From IMG/VR virus record IMGVR_UViG_3300037247_000810, positions 1-64,000 of that record: 64,000 bases of DNA; one strand, written 5' to 3'. The translations under genes were made by a program, and so were the position numbers. Position 1 is the first letter of the stretch, and every line of letters begins with the position of its first letter. The notes below the pieces were generated by a model, which was not told where the DNA came from, did no database searches, and saw only the letters and a program-made list of their open reading frames with translations. The DNA is from a virus. Below, one piece after another: positions 47,230 through 57,611 of the stretch.

Positions 47230-47819
47230 CGCTTGTTCCTCCCCCGCCGTCGAAGTCGTTTCGGCACCTCGCCCCGGGTCTGGTAATCCCTAATCTCCTG
47301 TGGCGTCATCTCCTCGATGTGCTCGTTCAGGAAGAAATTGTAGGACGGCAGCGGCGGCTCCTCGTCGGCCCCGTACAACGCGGGCCGGAGCACCATCTTG
47401 CCCTTGGCCATCACATCCTTACCAGACACGCCCTGCTCTCCCTCGAACTTGCCCTTCTCGTACCAGAGCACGAATGCTTGGTTCTCCTTGGCCTCTTCCA
47501 AGCAGGAGAAGTGACGGCCGCACCAATCGAAGCCGTCCTCCCGCACCTCGCTATGCTGGCCACCGTGGCCGGGATTGGAGCAGTGCGGCGGGACACATGG
47601 GTCAGCGGTCGTGTGCAAGTCGGCCGAGCCATACCAAGAGTAGACGCGGAAGCACGGCCGATACCAGACCCGCGCCTTCGTTGGATCATGGCGAGGCGGC
47701 TTCCGCCCGCCGAAGCGCCGCCAGAGATTGCGGAGGCCGGGGAAGGATGGCTGAAGGAGACCCGCAACCGCACGCGGGATCGGCCCGCTGGTCTGCTGCT
47801 CCTCTTCTTCGTTAGCCAT
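47226..47819 (-). CDS. hypothetical Cys/His-rich protein
   Basis: GAGGAG RBS. Confidence 0.55.
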   Translation of the reverse strand: MANEEEEQQTSGPIPRAVAGLLQPSFPGLRNLWRRFGGRKPPRHDPTKARVWYRPCFRVYSWYGSADLHTTADPCVPPHCSNPGHGGQHSEVREDGFDWCGRHFSCLEEAKENQAFVLWYEKGKFEGEQGVSGKDVMAKGKMVLRPALYGADEEPPLPSYNFFLNEHIEEMTPQEIRDYQTRGEVPKRLRRRGRNKR

Positions 47820-48171
47820 CGCACTCCTCACTGCCCGCGAGACATTCCTTGCAGGTCACGGCCTCCCTGTAGTTGGCAATGCGGTAGCGCTCCCGTCGCT
47901 TGTGCGCGGCGTCGGGCGAGAAATCACAAACAATCTGCCCGGCGCGGCAGTAGTGGACATCGGGCTTAGCCATTACGCTTGGCTTTCTCATAGAATTGAA
48001 TGGCGCGGTGAAATCTAGTTGTCGCCCGGCGGTTCGGCGGGCAGATACCATAGCTGCAAGTCTTAATGGGTTCGGGGTGCCCCTGGCCCTCGTGCATAGA
48101 CCACCGCATTGTCCCTAACAGAGCAGCCATAAAATCTGCACTTGACAACACTTCATCGATCAGATCGTCCA

Positions 48172-48885
48172 TCATCGCCTTTTCCCCCTCTTTGCTTTGC
48201 CCTTCTTGCGTTTCTTCGGCTGAGGGCGCGCGGGCTGCGCCACCACTAACTGGCCGCGTTTGACGGGCTGGAACTTGTAGGTGCAGAAGTCCAGGCCGTC
48301 CACGTCCGTCGGATGCTGGGGATAGGACGCGCACATCTTCGGACGTTGCGCCGTACCGGAAACACCACACAGCCCATCTTTGGTCAATTGGGTACAGCGG
48401 ACAGGCACGTAAGCCGCCAGTTGTTGGCCAAACCGCCGGAGCATCGTGATCCCGTGCTGCTCCAACCAGACCACCCAGGCATCGAAGTCCCATGTGGGCG
48501 GCTCGCTCTTCACCTCAACGGGAATAGCCGCCGTCAACAGGCCGCTCGGCAACTGATACAGGTAGGCATCATGCTGCGCGAGCCAGTATTCCCAATCCTC
48601 GAATCCCGCTTTGCCGCGCGTGACGGGATCGATAGGTAAAATGATCTGCTCGTGGACGACTAGGGCGAAGTCTTCATCCGCCAACCCTTCGACCTGAATC
48701 GGTACGACGAATGCGGTGCAACAGGCCCCGCAGCCCGCCGTGCAACCGCCCATCCGCAAATAGCCAACAAGGTCTTCCAACTCCGCAACGAGGGGCTTGA
48801 ACAGCTTGATCTCATCGGCCTGGAGCCGCGAGGGATTGAAATGGGCAGGCTTATCAATTGTCGGATAGCGATCAAGAACCGGCAT
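48172..48885 (-). CDS. YkgJ-family Cys-cluster (Zn/Fe-chelating) protein
   Basis: C...CGACC ... C..L...LC......RP.MC..YP. Confidence 0.75.
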   Translation of the reverse strand: MPVLDRYPTIDKPAHFNPSRLQADEIKLFKPLVAELEDLVGYLRMGGCTAGCGACCTAFVVPIQVEGLADEDFALVVHEQIILPIDPVTRGKAGFEDWEYWLAQHDAYLYQLPSGLLTAAIPVEVKSEPPTWDFDAWVVWLEQHGITMLRRFGQQLAAYVPVRCTQLTKDGLCGVSGTAQRPKMCASYPQHPTDVDGLDFCTYKFQPVKRGQLVVAQPARPQPKKRKKGKAKRGKRR

Positions 48886-49333
48886 CTACGCCGACCATTC
48901 TGGACAGTAACCGGGCTTGTGTTCCCCGACGCAGCCATCTGAGAATTGCTCCGTCGATAGGTCGCCGGGCAGCGGCATCGGATCGGACAACACGGCCACG
49001 TGCACCTCACCCAACTCATCCAGCACGCGATGGCCCGCCTCGTCTAAATGCATCTTTTCGACTTCGAATCCGGGCCGGATGGCGAGCTTGCCCTGGCGCA
49101 GCAATTCGACCAGATCAACATCGTCGAAGTACGCCTGCACGTACAGGTCGTGGTCGTCAATCCACGCCTGGTCGATTTGCCCAACCGGCCGCCGGAAATT
49201 GAAGTCGCGTGTGATAATGGAGCCAGTCCACAGTGCATCGACCATATCCATCAGCGCCTCGGCGGTGACGATTTCACCTCGTACATCTACCTGTTCGCTC
49301 CGCCAGACCAGTGCATCGATATTCTCTCCCATA
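48886..49333 (-). CDS. prohead-protease-like protein (divergent)
   Basis: VDVRGEIVTAEAL...RPVG...LYVQA...LRQGKL pattern. Confidence 0.5.
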
Positions 49334-49397
49334 TCTACCTCCCTAATGGGCGCAATTCCTTGCCAAGTTCTTGGCCGCATGGCATAATGAGAATGTC

Positions 49398-49760
49398 ATG
49401 GCCACCAAGAAGAACTCCACGAAGTCCGTGAACAGCGGCCGCGCCACCACCCGCGATGTGCTGTCGGCTGTCCTCGGCCTGAATGAGCGGATCGACGACA
49501 CAAACGAGCGGGTCGACCGCACGCTCGAAGGCCAAGTACGCCTCTCGGAGCAAATGACCGGCCTTCATAACTCGATGCACGATCTCCGTGAAGCAACCAA
49601 TGACCGCCTGCACGAGATGAAGGCGGATATTATCACGCTCAAGCGCCCGTGGCTGATCCTGGCCTCCGGTTGGTCGAAGGCCCTGGCCGTCGGTGGCTTC
49701 GCGGCCGCCCTTACCGGCACCATCGTCAAGCTGGAGTTGTGGCGCTACCTGCCGTTCTAG
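49398..49760 (+). CDS. coiled-coil protein with C-terminal TM helix
   Basis: Heptad region followed by hydrophobic helix. Confidence 0.55.
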   Translation: MATKKNSTKSVNSGRATTRDVLSAVLGLNERIDDTNERVDRTLEGQVRLSEQMTGLHNSMHDLREATNDRLHEMKADIITLKRPWLILASGWSKALAVGGFAAALTGTIVKLELWRYLPF

Positions 49761-50188
49761 CACGCGATCAACCACTCCCCCTCAACCTTTTCCAACATAG
49801 CGGTGCTCGGCAAGCCGGACGGCGTGTTCAGGCCCAAGATCGCTTCGGTGCTGTCCTCACTGATCCAGACCTCCTCCACATCGAATGTCCGGCGGAAAGA
49901 GAAGCCGGAAGCTAGTGTCTCGTCCAACACCTCCTGCGGGTTGTCCTCGGCCCCGGCCAGGAACCCGATGGTGCATTCCCCCTTGACATAGATGTCGGAC
50001 AACTCCCAGTCCCCAGCGTCGAGCGCCGCGAGATGCGCTTCGAAGACATCACGCGGGCCAATCTCCGAATCGTGAGTGGCGATCCCGCCGAAGATCAGAA
50101 GGGCGGTGATGAATAGGCCCCCGAAGACTACTCCGGCTCCCATTACAACCAGCCGCAGCAGCCATCCTTGTTCTTGTTCGAGTCCCAT
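49757..50188 (-). CDS. membrane-anchored protein
   Basis: N-terminal TM helix; C-terminal LEKVEGEWLI (NTF2-like end). Confidence 0.55.
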   Translation of the reverse strand: MGLEQEQGWLLRLVVMGAGVVFGGLFITALLIFGGIATHDSEIGPRDVFEAHLAALDAGDWELSDIYVKGECTIGFLAGAEDNPQEVLDETLASGFSFRRTFDVEEVWISEDSTEAILGLNTPSGLPSTAMLEKVEGEWLIAC

Positions 50189-50222
50189 AGTTCCTTCACC
50201 CCCTCGTACCCATCATAGCGAC

Positions 50223-50251
50223 TTGACACATTCGGCGCAACATCTTATGCT
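50223..50251 (+). promoter_or_regulatory. sigma70-type promoter
   Basis: TTGACA-N17-TATGCT. Confidence 0.75.
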
Positions 50252-50270
50252 GGAAGTCGAGGAGGAAATT

Positions 50271-50495
50271 ATGAGCAGCAATATCTCGAAGCGCGGGGCC
50301 ATCCGAATACTCCGGCGGGCGGGCTATCAACAGGAGTCCACGAGTAAGAGACATGAGCTTTGGACGAACGGGAAGCACCGAATATCACTACCCCATAAGC
50401 CGATCAGCGGTGTGCTGTACGGCTGGTTGGCGAACCAGATTCTAAGGATCGAGGCCGGGGCAGACCCGGCCAAACTCTTCAAAAGGGAGGTGTAA
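50271..50495 (+). CDS. HicA-like RNase
   Basis: IRILRRAGY......RHELW.......SLPH; 74 aa; GAGGAGG RBS. Confidence 0.6.
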   Translation: MSSNISKRGAIRILRRAGYQQESTSKRHELWTNGKHRISLPHKPISGVLYGWLANQILRIEAGADPAKLFKREV

Positions 50496-50749
50496 TGCGT
50501 AACCTGACCAGCGCACAGATTGCCCGGCGGAGCGCCCTGTTGGAGCGGCTAAGGGTGCAGGGGTGCCAGACCGCCGATATGCTCCGCAGCTACCTCGTGC
50601 ACCGCAAACGCATCATCGTGACGGTTGACACGGTTCAACGAGACCTCCGGGCGATGGAGGCCGTGGGCACCTTGAGGCGACGTGGGCTCTCATCCGCCGG
50701 ACGCGCATGGGGAAACGGGCGCAGCATCATCTGGAGCATGGCCGAATGA
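50495..50749 (+). CDS. winged-HTH protein
   Basis: VTVDTVQRDLRAME..G.L. Confidence 0.65.
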   Translation: MRNLTSAQIARRSALLERLRVQGCQTADMLRSYLVHRKRIIVTVDTVQRDLRAMEAVGTLRRRGLSSAGRAWGNGRSIIWSMAE

Positions 50750-51087
50750 GCGAACAACGTCACGAAGTCGCGCGCATCACAATTGCATTCGTCCGCGAGA
50801 CGGCCCGCCTGCGGCACGACCGCGGCCTCGATTATATGCCGTGGTGCCGGGGCAAGAAGCATAAAGGTGTCGGCTGGCCGTGGTGGAACATCCGGTTCTC
50901 GTACAAGACCCTCTCGGTTAGGGCCGCCAACCAGTCCTTCTACTGGTGCGACGTGTGCCTGCCCGCCCGCTACCGAACGGTTGCGGACTCCATGATTAGG
51001 GGCAGCGAGAAGGCCCGCGTTCTCCAGGGCGAGGCGCTGGAGAACGTTGCGCGCCGAGCCGCGCCGCAAGGAGCCGATGGGCACTGA
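50746..51087 (+). CDS. hypothetical protein
   Basis: ATGA-coupled; Cys motifs. Confidence 0.5.
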   Translation: MSEQRHEVARITIAFVRETARLRHDRGLDYMPWCRGKKHKGVGWPWWNIRFSYKTLSVRAANQSFYWCDVCLPARYRTVADSMIRGSEKARVLQGEALENVARRAAPQGADGH

Positions 51088-51106
51088 CCGCATCCCGTGG
51101 AAGCAA

Positions 51107-51265
51107 TTACTGTTGTAGCTCATCCTTGATCTCTCGCCAGAGGTTCTTGAGCGTTTCCTTATCAACGTCACGATGGAGCCGCATCTCCGCCCAGGCGACA
51201 AGGATAAGAGCGGCGACCAGATCGGCCGTCGCTTCTTTATCCTTGTACGCTGGGTGAATAGGCAT
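51107..51265 (-). CDS. 52-aa hypothetical protein
   Basis: MPIHPAYKDKE...ELQQ, follows 51269-51601. Confidence 0.5.
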   Translation of the reverse strand: MPIHPAYKDKEATADLVAALILVAWAEMRLHRDVDKETLKNLWREIKDELQQ

Positions 51266-51268
51266 CCG

Positions 51269-51601
51269 TTACTGTGGATCGCCGCTCCAGAGAATACCAC
51301 GCACGCGAGGATTCTGGCCCGTCGTCACATTAATGAACGACAGCTTGGTATCGATCTCCAGGTCGTGCTCATCGTAAGCATCGCCCTCCTCCAGTAGCAG
51401 GTCGGTGATCACGGCCGTGGCATCGAAGGCGATGGCCACATCACCCGGCCCCGCGTTGACGAAGGACACAGCGCGGCCCTTCTTGCCGCCGGGCACTGTC
51501 ACCAAGTCTTCGGCAGTCGCTGGCGTGGTCAGCGTTTCGTCGAAGGGTGTCGGAGTATCGGCGACTGGAGTCTTGAAAACGGGACGTGGGTTAAGAGCCA
51601 T
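51269..51601 (-). CDS. hypothetical beta-rich (virion-like) protein
   Basis: AAAGGAG RBS; upstream TGCTATAAT extended -10. Confidence 0.6.
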   Translation of the reverse strand: MALNPRPVFKTPVADTPTPFDETLTTPATAEDLVTVPGGKKGRAVSFVNAGPGDVAIAFDATAVITDLLLEEGDAYDEHDLEIDTKLSFINVTTGQNPRVRGILWSGDPQ

Positions 51602-51772
51602 TTGGGTATCTCCTTTCGATGGTCTCCTCGCATTATAGCACATCGTCGGCCCGGCAACTAGGCGAAGAACACACCCTTTACTTGTAGAACGGCCCCCAGT
51701 ACTATGAGAGTAAGCCTGGCTCGGAGCGACGCAACAGCGCGCCCGAAGCAATCAAGAGAGGAGAACACCCCT

Positions 51773-52279
51773 ATGTCCGAAGAACTCACCTTGATCACGG
51801 CCACTCCGGTTGTGAAACTTCTGAAGGTCTACCCGTACAGTACCCGTGAGAGGATCGAGGTACGCGCGGCGTCGGAAGACGGCCCACGCGGCCTGAGCCT
51901 TTATTACACTACCGAGAGCGATGAAGCCCCATCAGCCAACGAGAAGCTACTGGTCGCGGTGCTGGCGGGCGTCTATCCTTCATGGCTTACCCCTACCGCT
52001 GCGGAGTCACTGGCGGCGGCCGCCCGCGATGAGCCGGTGCCCATCCGTTTCGAGGGCGTGAGCGCAATCCCCCACGGGGGCAGTGATCCATCCCGCTCCA
52101 TCCAACACGATGCGTTGCATATCGACGCTGTCGCTGGCAATGGTATGACCCGCCTGCATATGTCGATGGCGAATGAGGCTGGTAGCATCCACCTCGCGCG
52201 TGTCATGTTTAGCAAGGGGCAGGTCACGTCGATGATCGCGGCCCTGTTGGCGATCTACCCACGCCTGCGAGAGAACTAG
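51773..52279 (+). CDS. hypothetical protein
   Basis: GAGGAG RBS; followed by terminator. Confidence 0.6.
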   Translation: MSEELTLITATPVVKLLKVYPYSTRERIEVRAASEDGPRGLSLYYTTESDEAPSANEKLLVAVLAGVYPSWLTPTAAESLAAAARDEPVPIRFEGVSAIPHGGSDPSRSIQHDALHIDAVAGNGMTRLHMSMANEAGSIHLARVMFSKGQVTSMIAALLAIYPRLREN

Positions 52280-52295
52280 GAAAAAGGAGTGCACT

Positions 52296-52337
52296 GGGGA
52301 GCGACTAGGGGGCCAGGCCCGTCGCTCCCCTCTTTTT
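52296..52337 (+). terminator. intrinsic terminator
   Basis: GGGGAGCGAC/GTCGCTCCCC stem followed by TCTTTTT. Confidence 0.7.
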
Positions 52338-52341
52338 ATCT

Positions 52342-52399
52342 CGGCCCCTAATATGGCCCGGCCCCTAATATGGCCCGGCCCCTAATATGGCCCGGCCCC
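52342..52399. repeat. 17-bp tandem repeat x3 (CGGCCCCTAATATGGCC)
   Basis: Seen directly. Confidence 0.9.
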
Positions 52400-52859
52400 C
52401 GATATTGCTGCTCCCTTGCCGTATCCGTAAGAGCGGCCCCCGATGATGTCCCCGGCTAGGTACTCGCCGGGACTTTCGACCAGGGGGGTGGGTGGGGAGG
52501 TTCGCCCGCGTGTCGGGGCGGTCGGTGCCCACGCTACCTAGACCCTGCTGATCCCGCCTGCTCGGTCGCCGCACCCTTCGGCTGCCATCCCTACCATCCC
52601 CCGCCGGATGCCGTGGCTCCTACCGCGCGCCCTTCGGGTGGCGTGGGTGCTGGCGACTCCCGCTTCGATGCCGTGCTGTGCTCCCGCTCGGCTCCCGCCG
52701 CCCCACCTAATGCCCCTCGGTCAACGCCACCCAATGCCCGTGTCGCCCATGCCAGGGACACAAAAATAGCCCCTACCACCAGCATCCCGCTAGCGGTAGG
52801 GGTTGGGAGTTAGGAGCCGAGAGCCCCGATAGGCTCCGAGCGTTGCCGTCGTCGTTTCC

Positions 52860-53477
52860 TTACGGCGTGGCTGTGGGCGTGATCACGGGCGATAGGGGAG
52901 CGACGGGACACACACCATAGGCATTGATCTCGCTGGTGCCGTCCTGATAGGTGCGCTCAGTAGTGACACACTCCGTACCGTCGGCGTTGACGTTGACGGC
53001 TGGACGAGGCGAGCCATCGCCGCCATACTTCGATGCGCAGTCAGCGTCACTGCCGCACAGGGCGGTCGTGGGAGCTAGTGAGCATGTGGGCGAACCACCC
53101 TCGATTTCATACTCAAGGCGCGTCGCTCCCATGCACTCGGCGGACAGGATACGATCCACGTGGATACACTCATTGCTCACGTGGTCGAACACTGCATCCT
53201 CCTCGCAAGACGTTTCGCCCGGCACGTAGTCACCGAGCGTCAAGGTGATTGTGCCATCGCGCTCGGCGTCCGTCGTCTCAGGCGGCGCAAACACGATTGC
53301 CAGCGCCACAAGCCCGATCAGCGCCAGGGCTATCGGGTACGGCAGCATCCGCCAGGGCATGAGCACGTTGCGCCAGTTGCGCACCAGGATTGACGGCAGC
53401 CCACGCGTTAGCTGCCCGAAGGCGCGCCCGAAGGCTGCCCGCGTCTTCTCTGATTCGGTCTTTCTTGGTGTTACCAT
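52860..53477 (-). CDS. membrane-anchored Cys-rich protein
   Basis: One TM helix followed by Cys-rich domain. Confidence 0.55.
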   Translation of the reverse strand: MVTPRKTESEKTRAAFGRAFGQLTRGLPSILVRNWRNVLMPWRMLPYPIALALIGLVALAIVFAPPETTDAERDGTITLTLGDYVPGETSCEEDAVFDHVSNECIHVDRILSAECMGATRLEYEIEGGSPTCSLAPTTALCGSDADCASKYGGDGSPRPAVNVNADGTECVTTERTYQDGTSEINAYGVCPVAPLSPVITPTATP

Positions 53478-53666
53478 GTATGACCTTCCTTTCTCAGAAT
53501 GCCAGGGATATGATAGCGACGATGATTAGCACCAGCAGCCCCATGCCGAACAGTGGCACGATGCCACTGGTGCTGTCGTCCATCATGCTCTGCTGAACCG
53601 ATGCCTTCACAGGGCGGCGGGCGGCATCCTTGCCCTTGCCCCCAGCGCTGTCGCTACAGCCACCCA

Positions 53667-53858
53667 TTAGGCGACCTTCCTAAGCGTCTCTGCGCTTGCT
53701 GGTAGGCAGCCCGCCTCCACCAGTAGGCGTATGACCGCGTGCGTGCCGCCCTTGCTGTGCTCGTATCGCAGCCCGCGCACCGTGTCGGTGCGGAGCTCGC
53801 TGAGCTCCTTCTCAGCGGCGCGGTCGTTCATAGCGATTAGGTCTCTTAGTCCATGCAC
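53667..53858 (-). CDS. hypothetical protein
   Basis: AAGGGAG RBS. Confidence 0.5.
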   Translation of the reverse strand: MHGLRDLIAMNDRAAEKELSELRTDTVRGLRYEHSKGGTHAVIRLLVEAGCLPASAETLRKVA

Positions 53859-53942
53859 GGTTATGCTCCCTTCTTGGCGATGATTTGCTTGCCGCTCTTG
53901 CGGACGGCAGCGCGGATGGCGAGTGCTAGCGTGCCGCCCATA

Positions 53943-54269
53943 CTACGCTGCCTTCGCCGCCTTCCTAGCGGCTACCTGCGCTTCCTTCGCTTCCTCGCGC
54001 TGTAGCTGTGCCAGCGCCTCTGCCAGCCGCTTCACCTGTGACCGCTTGCGGGACAACGCCCGGCACCGCTTGCACCATATCCGCTCTAGCGGTGCTGGCG
54101 TCGCCTTCGTCGCCTTCGCCGTGTACCGGAAGATGTTGTCGTCGTCCATGCGGTGCGTGGGCTTGTTGTAGCACACCTTCCGCTGACCGAGCGACAGGAC
54201 GCGCCCCTTACCGGGACGACCCTTGACGATCCCGTTGACCGTCGGCTTGTGTTCTCCGTTCTGGGTCAT
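53943..54269 (-). CDS. basic hypothetical protein with CxxC
   Basis: ATGA-coupled. Confidence 0.55.
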   Translation of the reverse strand: MTQNGEHKPTVNGIVKGRPGKGRVLSLGQRKVCYNKPTHRMDDDNIFRYTAKATKATPAPLERIWCKRCRALSRKRSQVKRLAEALAQLQREEAKEAQVAARKAAKAA

Positions 54270-54499
54270 GATCCGCTCTCCTTCTCTAGTGGCGCATCAT
54301 AGGCACCCCTTATCTCAGCGAGCCGTGCTTGACAGGCAGCGATGTGATGCTCTAGCCCTTTAGCTCCGAGCGTCACTTGCCGATCACCCCGACCGCTGAT
54401 GATAAGCTTTGCGAAGTACGCGCCGTACTTGTTCACTTCGATATGATTCTGCGAGACCGCCCCTGCGAATGTCTGCTCGTAAGTCTCGTGGCTTGTCAT
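54266..54499 (-). CDS. hypothetical protein
   Basis: RBS and coupling. Confidence 0.55.
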   Translation of the reverse strand: MTSHETYEQTFAGAVSQNHIEVNKYGAYFAKLIISGRGDRQVTLGAKGLEHHIAACQARLAEIRGAYDAPLEKESGS

Positions 54500-54744
54500 A
54501 GGTGCCTTCCCCTACGCCGCTCTGTACCGACGCGGCATGTAGCGGGCGATCCGTGTCGGGACGTAGCCTAGACCGTCCGCAGCCCCTAGGCTGCGTGCTA
54601 GCATCCTTGCGCGGACGGTGGACTTGCTGTCGCCGGAGCAGGCGACGGAGCAGGCGACACACCCGGCGACCATGCCGCCGATAGAATGTGTCGCCCGATT
54701 GCGGACACTGATCTTGCGCCCGCATGCGTGGCAGCCTTTGCCGT

Positions 54745-55164
54745 TCATGATATGGGCACAATCAGCCGCGCACGGCAACGAACGCAAGAGTAGCGCCAGT
54801 TGCCGTGCGCCGCATCGTCAGCGTCGATGATGCGCGTCTCTTCTGCCTCAGTAGTGACGCCTTGGCGCACATCTGAGGAGAACGCGAGCAACATTTCGAT
54901 ACCTGTGGTGCTTGCCATGCGCCCGCCGCAATTGGGGCACCTGGCACCAGCCTCTCGAAGCTCGCACATCTTGTGATCCTCTGCCGCCATTTCCAGGGCA
55001 GCGTCGATGCGCCAGTCTTCACCGCGTGCCTCGCACGCGCCGCCATCGGAGCACCAGCAGTCAGGATTGTATCGCCCTTCCCAATCGCAATTGGCGCAGC
55101 CGACAACGGTATCAAGTGTACCGTCGTCAACAATGTGGAGCCGTCTGATCTTCTCGCCAGCCAT
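54745..55164 (-). CDS. Cys-rich hypothetical protein
   Basis: Several CxxC motifs; GGAGG-like RBS before MAGEKIRR. Confidence 0.45.
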   Translation of the reverse strand: MAGEKIRRLHIVDDGTLDTVVGCANCDWEGRYNPDCWCSDGGACEARGEDWRIDAALEMAAEDHKMCELREAGARCPNCGGRMASTTGIEMLLAFSSDVRQGVTTEAEETRIIDADDAAHGNWRYSCVRCRARLIVPIS

Positions 55165-55680
55165 AGCGCCGCCTACGCTTCCTCGCCTGCGCCACGGGCT
55201 AGCAGACGGGCTACCAATGCTTCCGCCTCGCCCATTGGCGACGGGTTGCCGAAGCAGTACAGGCAGCCGAGGATGTGATATTCTGACCGAACAATCTCGG
55301 TCAGCTTGACTTGCTTGTGACAGAATGGGCACTCCATTTGACCTTCCTCTCTTCAGCGGGAGATGTTTACCGTGGCGGGCAGATGTGCGGACGCCCTGAG
55401 AATTCCACCAGCTTGTCGCTGAGGGTCTTCAGCACGGACGTCCCACAAGGGCAGCGCCACGCCTTGATCGTGAACGTGTCTTTACGTTTCATTCCGAGAG
55501 CCTTCCTTTAATGGTGTGGTGAGTGTTGCCCTTCGGCTTGTGCGGCTCACTCTTGCCGCTTGCCGTCCGCCCTATCGACGGCTCCCGCTTGCTACCTCGC
55601 TTGTGCCAGGTGGGGCTTTGGGGGTGGAGTCCGGCGCGTGTAGCGCGTTGGGTGTGTTGTGTGCTGTACCTCTCATCATT

Positions 55681-55839
55681 AGTATCGGCATCCTGAGGGA
55701 TTCCTGAAGGCTGGCCGGACTTTATTTCCGAGAATCTTTTGAGCCCTGGCCAGGTGTTCCTACACCCTAGAACGTGTTGGCGGGCGGAACGTTACTCCCT
55801 GCTCCTACCCCTTCAGGAATCCCTCAGGATGCCGATACT
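55681..55839. promoter_or_regulatory. perfect 30-bp inverted repeat pair, probable divergent promoters
   Basis: CCTTCAGGAATCCCTCAGGATGCCGATACT at 55810-55839 (+) and 55681-55710 (-). Confidence 0.65.
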
Positions 55840-56206
55840 TAGAGTGGAAGGGCTGGTACGCTGGTATCGCCCGCCAGGGCTCTACGGAGCTCTGGTACGC
55901 CGACCGCCACCCGTCAGCCCCTTCCACCTTGACAAACGAATAGCGGTCAACGCGGGCGATGGGCGCGGGAGATTCCTTCCCGTAGGCGGTTCGGTAGGTG
56001 TGTTCCCTCTCTCCTCTCCCGCCCCCATCGCTCCCGTTGACCGTAGCGCAGGCGTCCGGCGCATCGAACGGACGCGAGCCAGCGACCGCCCACGGCGGCG
56101 TCGGGAAGACCGGGAGCTTCTAAGGGAGCCCGCCCCCCCCCCGCGCGACTAGAACAGGTGAGCTACAGGGGCCAAATACACTATTGCACTAGAGCGGTCA
56201 CAATTT

Positions 56207-56250
56207 CACTATGGGGCCAGCGGTCACTATGGGGCCAGCGGTCACTATCA
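56207..56250. repeat. 18-bp tandem repeat (TCACTATGGGGCCAGCGG)
   Basis: Seen directly, within a GGGCCA-rich tract. Confidence 0.85.
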
Positions 56251-57278
56251 ACGAGGCGGGCCAACTATGGCCGCTATCGCTCGCCAGGGCCAGCGATGGC
56301 CTACAAGGGAGCAGGGAGCGGAGCCGGGGCCAGGAATGGCCCGTGGGCCAAACTTGCGGCGCGGGGCCAGGGAGCAGGGAGCTCGGCCAGGGAGCCCATA
56401 CCGGAGCAGGGAGCCGGGCCAAGGGGAAGGAAGCGGCCGCCGGTACGTCGCCGGGCCAGACACTCGGCCGCCGGGCCGGGGCCAGTCCTCCGCTCCCTGC
56501 TCCCTGCTCCCTTGGCGGGCCAGAACGTGGCAGTGATTTCGCCAGCACTATCGTTCAACGTAGACGTCCCCGGCGGGCCAGGGAGCTTTGGGGGCGGGCA
56601 GATTCTGAGGTGGCGGCCGGGCCAGGGAGCAGGATCACCCACCGTTCCCCATTTTCCCCCACGCTCACCCTTGCACCCCGTCCCAGACTACCGGGCCAGG
56701 ATCGGGCCAGTAGCTCTCGCCTGTGACCCTCCAAAGCCCCTTCCCTGGAAAGGCTCCAAAGCCCCTCAAAGGGGCCAGTGAGTGGAAAGCCCCTCGAAAG
56801 GCTGTCCGGCGCAGGCGGAAAGCCCCTGGTATGCTGGCATCGGGCAATCCCCCTTCAGGAATGGGGCAACGTGCCGATACTTATGGTAGACCAATGGTGC
56901 GGGCTAAGGCGGTAGTCTGCGCCCATATAGCTTGTACTGAGAGGAGGGGCCAATATGAGACAGACGGGACAGGGCCACAAGTGCGCGAGGTACATCAATG
57001 CACGGGGCGAGATGATCGACCCCGCGAAGCAGAACGGTATCGGCTGTCGGGTCTGCTGCGCGCCGGACGGCAGAGTGAGCTAGGAAGGAGGGCCACAAGA
57101 TGCTAATCATCTACCAGGCAACGCTAACCATCACTTAGAGGGCTTCAGATTCCCGGCGGGCGGTCGATACTACCAGTGAAGGGGTGTAACGCTAGGGGTG
57201 CTACCGCGTTCCACATTATAGAGGGATCGGCAGTCCGGTCGAAGGATTGACCCAAGCAGAAGGAGGGCCAAAAAAAAT

Positions 57279-57611
57279 ATGGTGAAGATCGGGACAACCA
57301 ATAAGCCTACGATCATAAGCAAGGGCGGAACCCATTACATCCAATGCAACGGGCGGACACACGTGGTGTTACCCTATGACGGGTACACGCGGATTGATGG
57401 CCCCTGCAAGGGCGCTGGCGATTCGCGGCATCACGATGACTATCTCACCATGATGCTGGCCGCAGACCGGCTAATGACTGGTCTAACCCAGGATCACGCG
57501 GACGCGGCGCAACGTGCGCTTGATCTGTTCGAGGAAACGATAGGCTGCCCGACAGGTGGCAAGTGCGTGGACGCGGAAGCGGAAGTCTGCAACCGCTGCC
57601 AGGGAGCCTAG
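57279..57611 (+). CDS. hypothetical early protein
   Basis: AGGAGGGCC RBS motif. Confidence 0.6.
   Translation: MVKIGTTNKPTIISKGGTHYIQCNGRTHVVLPYDGYTRIDGPCKGAGDSRHHDDYLTMMLAADRLMTGLTQDHADAAQRALDLFEETIGCPTGGKCVDAEAEVCNRCQGA

Noticed and set aside
51077-51397. TAG read-through ORF on the plus strand
   Set aside because: Better explained by minus-strand genes 51107-51265 and 51269-51601
56158-56781. ORFs of 110-207 aa in the GGGCCA repeat tract
   Set aside because: Low-complexity, open in several frames, no RBS
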